Positions 61,505 to 64,000 of a stretch of 64,000 nucleotides of DNA are shown here, piece after piece. Source of the stretch: Heterodontus francisci (taxonomy: Eukaryota); assembly GCF_036365525.1 (NCBI RefSeq), contig NC_090404.1, positions 5,952,001 to 6,016,000 on the forward strand. Direction: 5' to 3'. Position numbers and translations under genes: made by a program. The notes below the pieces were generated by a model. The model searched no databases. It saw only the letters and a program-made list of their open reading frames with translations, and was not told where the DNA came from. Numbering within the stretch: position 1 is the stretch's first letter; every line of letters starts with the position of its first letter.

Positions 61505-61823
61505 CCGGAGATCCGGTGATGTTTCGGCTTTGGGTGACCCCTTGATGGGAGACCTGGCAGGTATAGACCGTGTTGGTGAACCATTCCCCAGCGGGGACTG
61601 TCAGCCGACTGGTCGCTGAGATGTTCCCGTTCACTTCAAAGGCAGAAGAGGTGACGAAGCCCGAATCCATGGGTTGTCCATCCTTCAACCAACTCACGGT
61701 TATTGGCTCTGGATGGAAATCGATGATTTGAACACACGACAGTTGCAAATCTGCTGCTTGTGATTTCTTCACTGGAACTCAGGGTGAGGATAATAGTTTG
61801 ATGGACGATATCACTTGGAAGAT
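61505..61823 (-). pseudogene. IGHM: IgM CH2 exon, frameshifted
   Basis: [21 protein letters not shown] / +1 / [17 protein letters not shown]...[37 protein letters not shown]; donor G|GTAAGA. Confidence 0.88.
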
Positions 61824-61974
61824 CTTCAAGAAACACACATTAGACAATCATTGCAGAAGATGTTAGTAAGTAATGCAAACTGTTATATTTTAACTGATTG
61901 TTTGCTGTCAAGCAGACACCAACTAGAATTTCCAGGGATCAGAACTGTGCACATTACTCGAAGTGTGGTAAAGG

Positions 61975-62640
61975 CACACTTCCTCCAATTTCATACTGAT
62001 ACTCCTTCTTCCTCCCTCCAATTTCATACGGACAGTCCTTCCTCCTCCCTCCACATTTGCACTGACACTCCTTTCCCCTCCCTCCAATTTCATACTGACA
62101 CTCCATCACCTTCCCTCCATTTCATTCTGACACTCTTTCTCTCCCTCCAATTTCATATTAACACTCCATCCCCTTCCCTCCAATTTCATATTGATACTCA
62201 TTCCTCTTCCCTCCAATTTCATACTGACACTCCTTCCTCTTCCCTCCAATTTCATACTGACACTCCATCCCCTTGCCACCAATTTCATACTGACACTCCA
62301 TCCTCTTCCCTCCAATTTCATACTGACACTACTTCCCCTTCCCTCCAATTTCATACTGACACTCCTTCCTCTTCCCTCCAATTTCATACTGACACTCCAT
62401 CCCCTTCCCACCAATTTCATACTGACACTCCATCACCTTCCCTCCAATTTCATTCTGACACTCTTTCTCTCCCTCCAATTTCATATTAACACTCCATCCC
62501 CTTCCCTCCAATTTCATATTGACACTCCTTCCTCTTCCCTCCAATTTCATACTGACACTACTTCCCCTTCCCTCCAATTTCATACTGACACTCCTTCCCC
62601 TTCCCTCCAATTTCATACTGACATTCCCCCTCCCTCCAAT
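61975..62640. repeat. 33-bp minisatellite (ctccaatttcatactgacactccttcctcttcc), about 20 copies
   Basis: atactgacact period of 33 bp (e.g. 62221, 62254). Confidence 0.92.
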
Positions 62641-64000
62641 AAAACTTAAAAACAGAAGAAATAGCAGGAGTAGACCTTTCAGACCTTAGATCCTGCTCCA
62701 CCATTCAAAGAGAACATGGCTAACCTTCTATTGCAACACATTTTCCCGCACAATCACACATTCCTTGATGTTTTTACTATGTAGAAATCTATCGATCGCA
62801 ATCTTGAACATGCTCAGTTTCATGCTGACACTTCTTCCCTCTCTCTCCAATTTCACACTGATACTCCTTCCCCTCCCTCCAATGTCACACCGACACTCCT
62901 TCCCTCTCCCTCCAATATCATTCTGGAATTTTCCTGCTGTCACTACGGTTTCCATCTCCTGCCCCTTCAATGTCTCCACCATTGTTCTGCCTTCTTGATG
63001 TGCTTTAAGTGATTGAATGTCACGGTAAACTGTGTGACAGAATTCCCGCATACAATGCATAACCGTGTTTAATCACTTAATACAGTAACAACAATATGCA
63101 GGGACCAGCAATGGTGGGCGGGGTGGGGTTGGGCACTGAAGAGCAGGAAGAGGCCAGGAGCTGTTCTGAGGGGGCGAGGAGCAGCTGGCAATGGTACTTC
63201 ATGTATGTGGGCCCGTTATCCCATGATCATGGGACAGATCTGAACTTTGGGAAATAGTTTGACCATCCCTGGTCTCAGAGGCAAACATTTCCCTGTATCT
63301 CGGTATCTCCGGAGACCTTTGCTCATTGATATCGTACAAAAGCTAGGAGCAGTTGAGTCCTTTTGTGCACTTGATGGGTATTGATTTTAACTGACTTAAA
63401 AGCCTCTGGATTTCAATGTTACAACAAGAATATGTTTGAGAAGAGTTAGAAAAGAAATCACGAATACTGGAAAACTGAAAAGAACACAGAAATGGGGAAA
63501 TACACCGCAGGTCAATCATCATTTGAAAGAGATAAATCGATGGCTAATGTTTTAGGTGGGACTCCTTCAAGAATGAATACCTCCTGCAACATAGGAGATC
63601 TCAGCTTCATTTTCACTTGCTAAACAGTTGCAAATATTGCACTGTACTCAGTAATCTCAACTCCCCCCAACCCCCCATCCATTCTCCATAGCAATTCCTC
63701 TACCAATCAGAGTTCACTTGCCAACCAATCAGCACTCTCTTCTCATACAGTATAAAGTTGTTGTTTTCTCTTACATTGGTATTCTTGTGGGTTGTCCTGA
63801 TGAGTACAAGACGAAAAGCTTCGGAAACATGTCTCTATTTTCAGCAATACTCAAGTGTTATATATCATGCTGCATGAAATAGCTTACAGACAACTTTAGG
63901 AACAAAGTCTGAATACTTGAGATGGAGAGATATAAAGCAGACGGGAAATGGGCTGAGAAAAAGTATAGGGAAGAAAATAATCAGGAAAAATACAAGTGAA

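Noticed and set aside
61815-62649. Repetitive ORFs (SLQFHTDTPS)n
   Set aside because: Artefact of an in-frame 33-bp minisatellite
62650-64000. Expected IgM CH1 or JH exon
   Set aside because: No Ig C1-set motifs or J/RSS recognised; these are outside the window or deleted

Overview
Cartilaginous-fish (shark-type) genomic DNA containing an antigen-receptor region embedded in dense CR1/L2-type LINE debris. From left to right: an 11-finger C2H2 zinc-finger ORF; an inverted, decayed D-J half of a NAR-TCR cluster with a tRNA-Ser/tRNA-Pro cassette; an apparently intact NAR-TCR cassette on the minus strand (leader, IgNAR-like V with 23-type RSS, 12/12 D, 23-RSS J, and a leaderless supporting TCR-delta V carrying two tandem 23-RSSs); a young near-full-length CR1 with five 161-bp 5' monomers; a cluster of TCR alpha/delta-type V segments (one intact, several pseudogenes, both orientations) with CTCF-like sites; and IgM heavy-chain constant exons (CH2 and CH3 frameshifted; CH4, TM1 and TM2 intact) on the same strand as the NAR-TCR cassette. 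No TCR D-delta, J-delta or C exons and no IgM V or CH1 were found in the window. Family assignments come from motif recognition only; no database searches were run.
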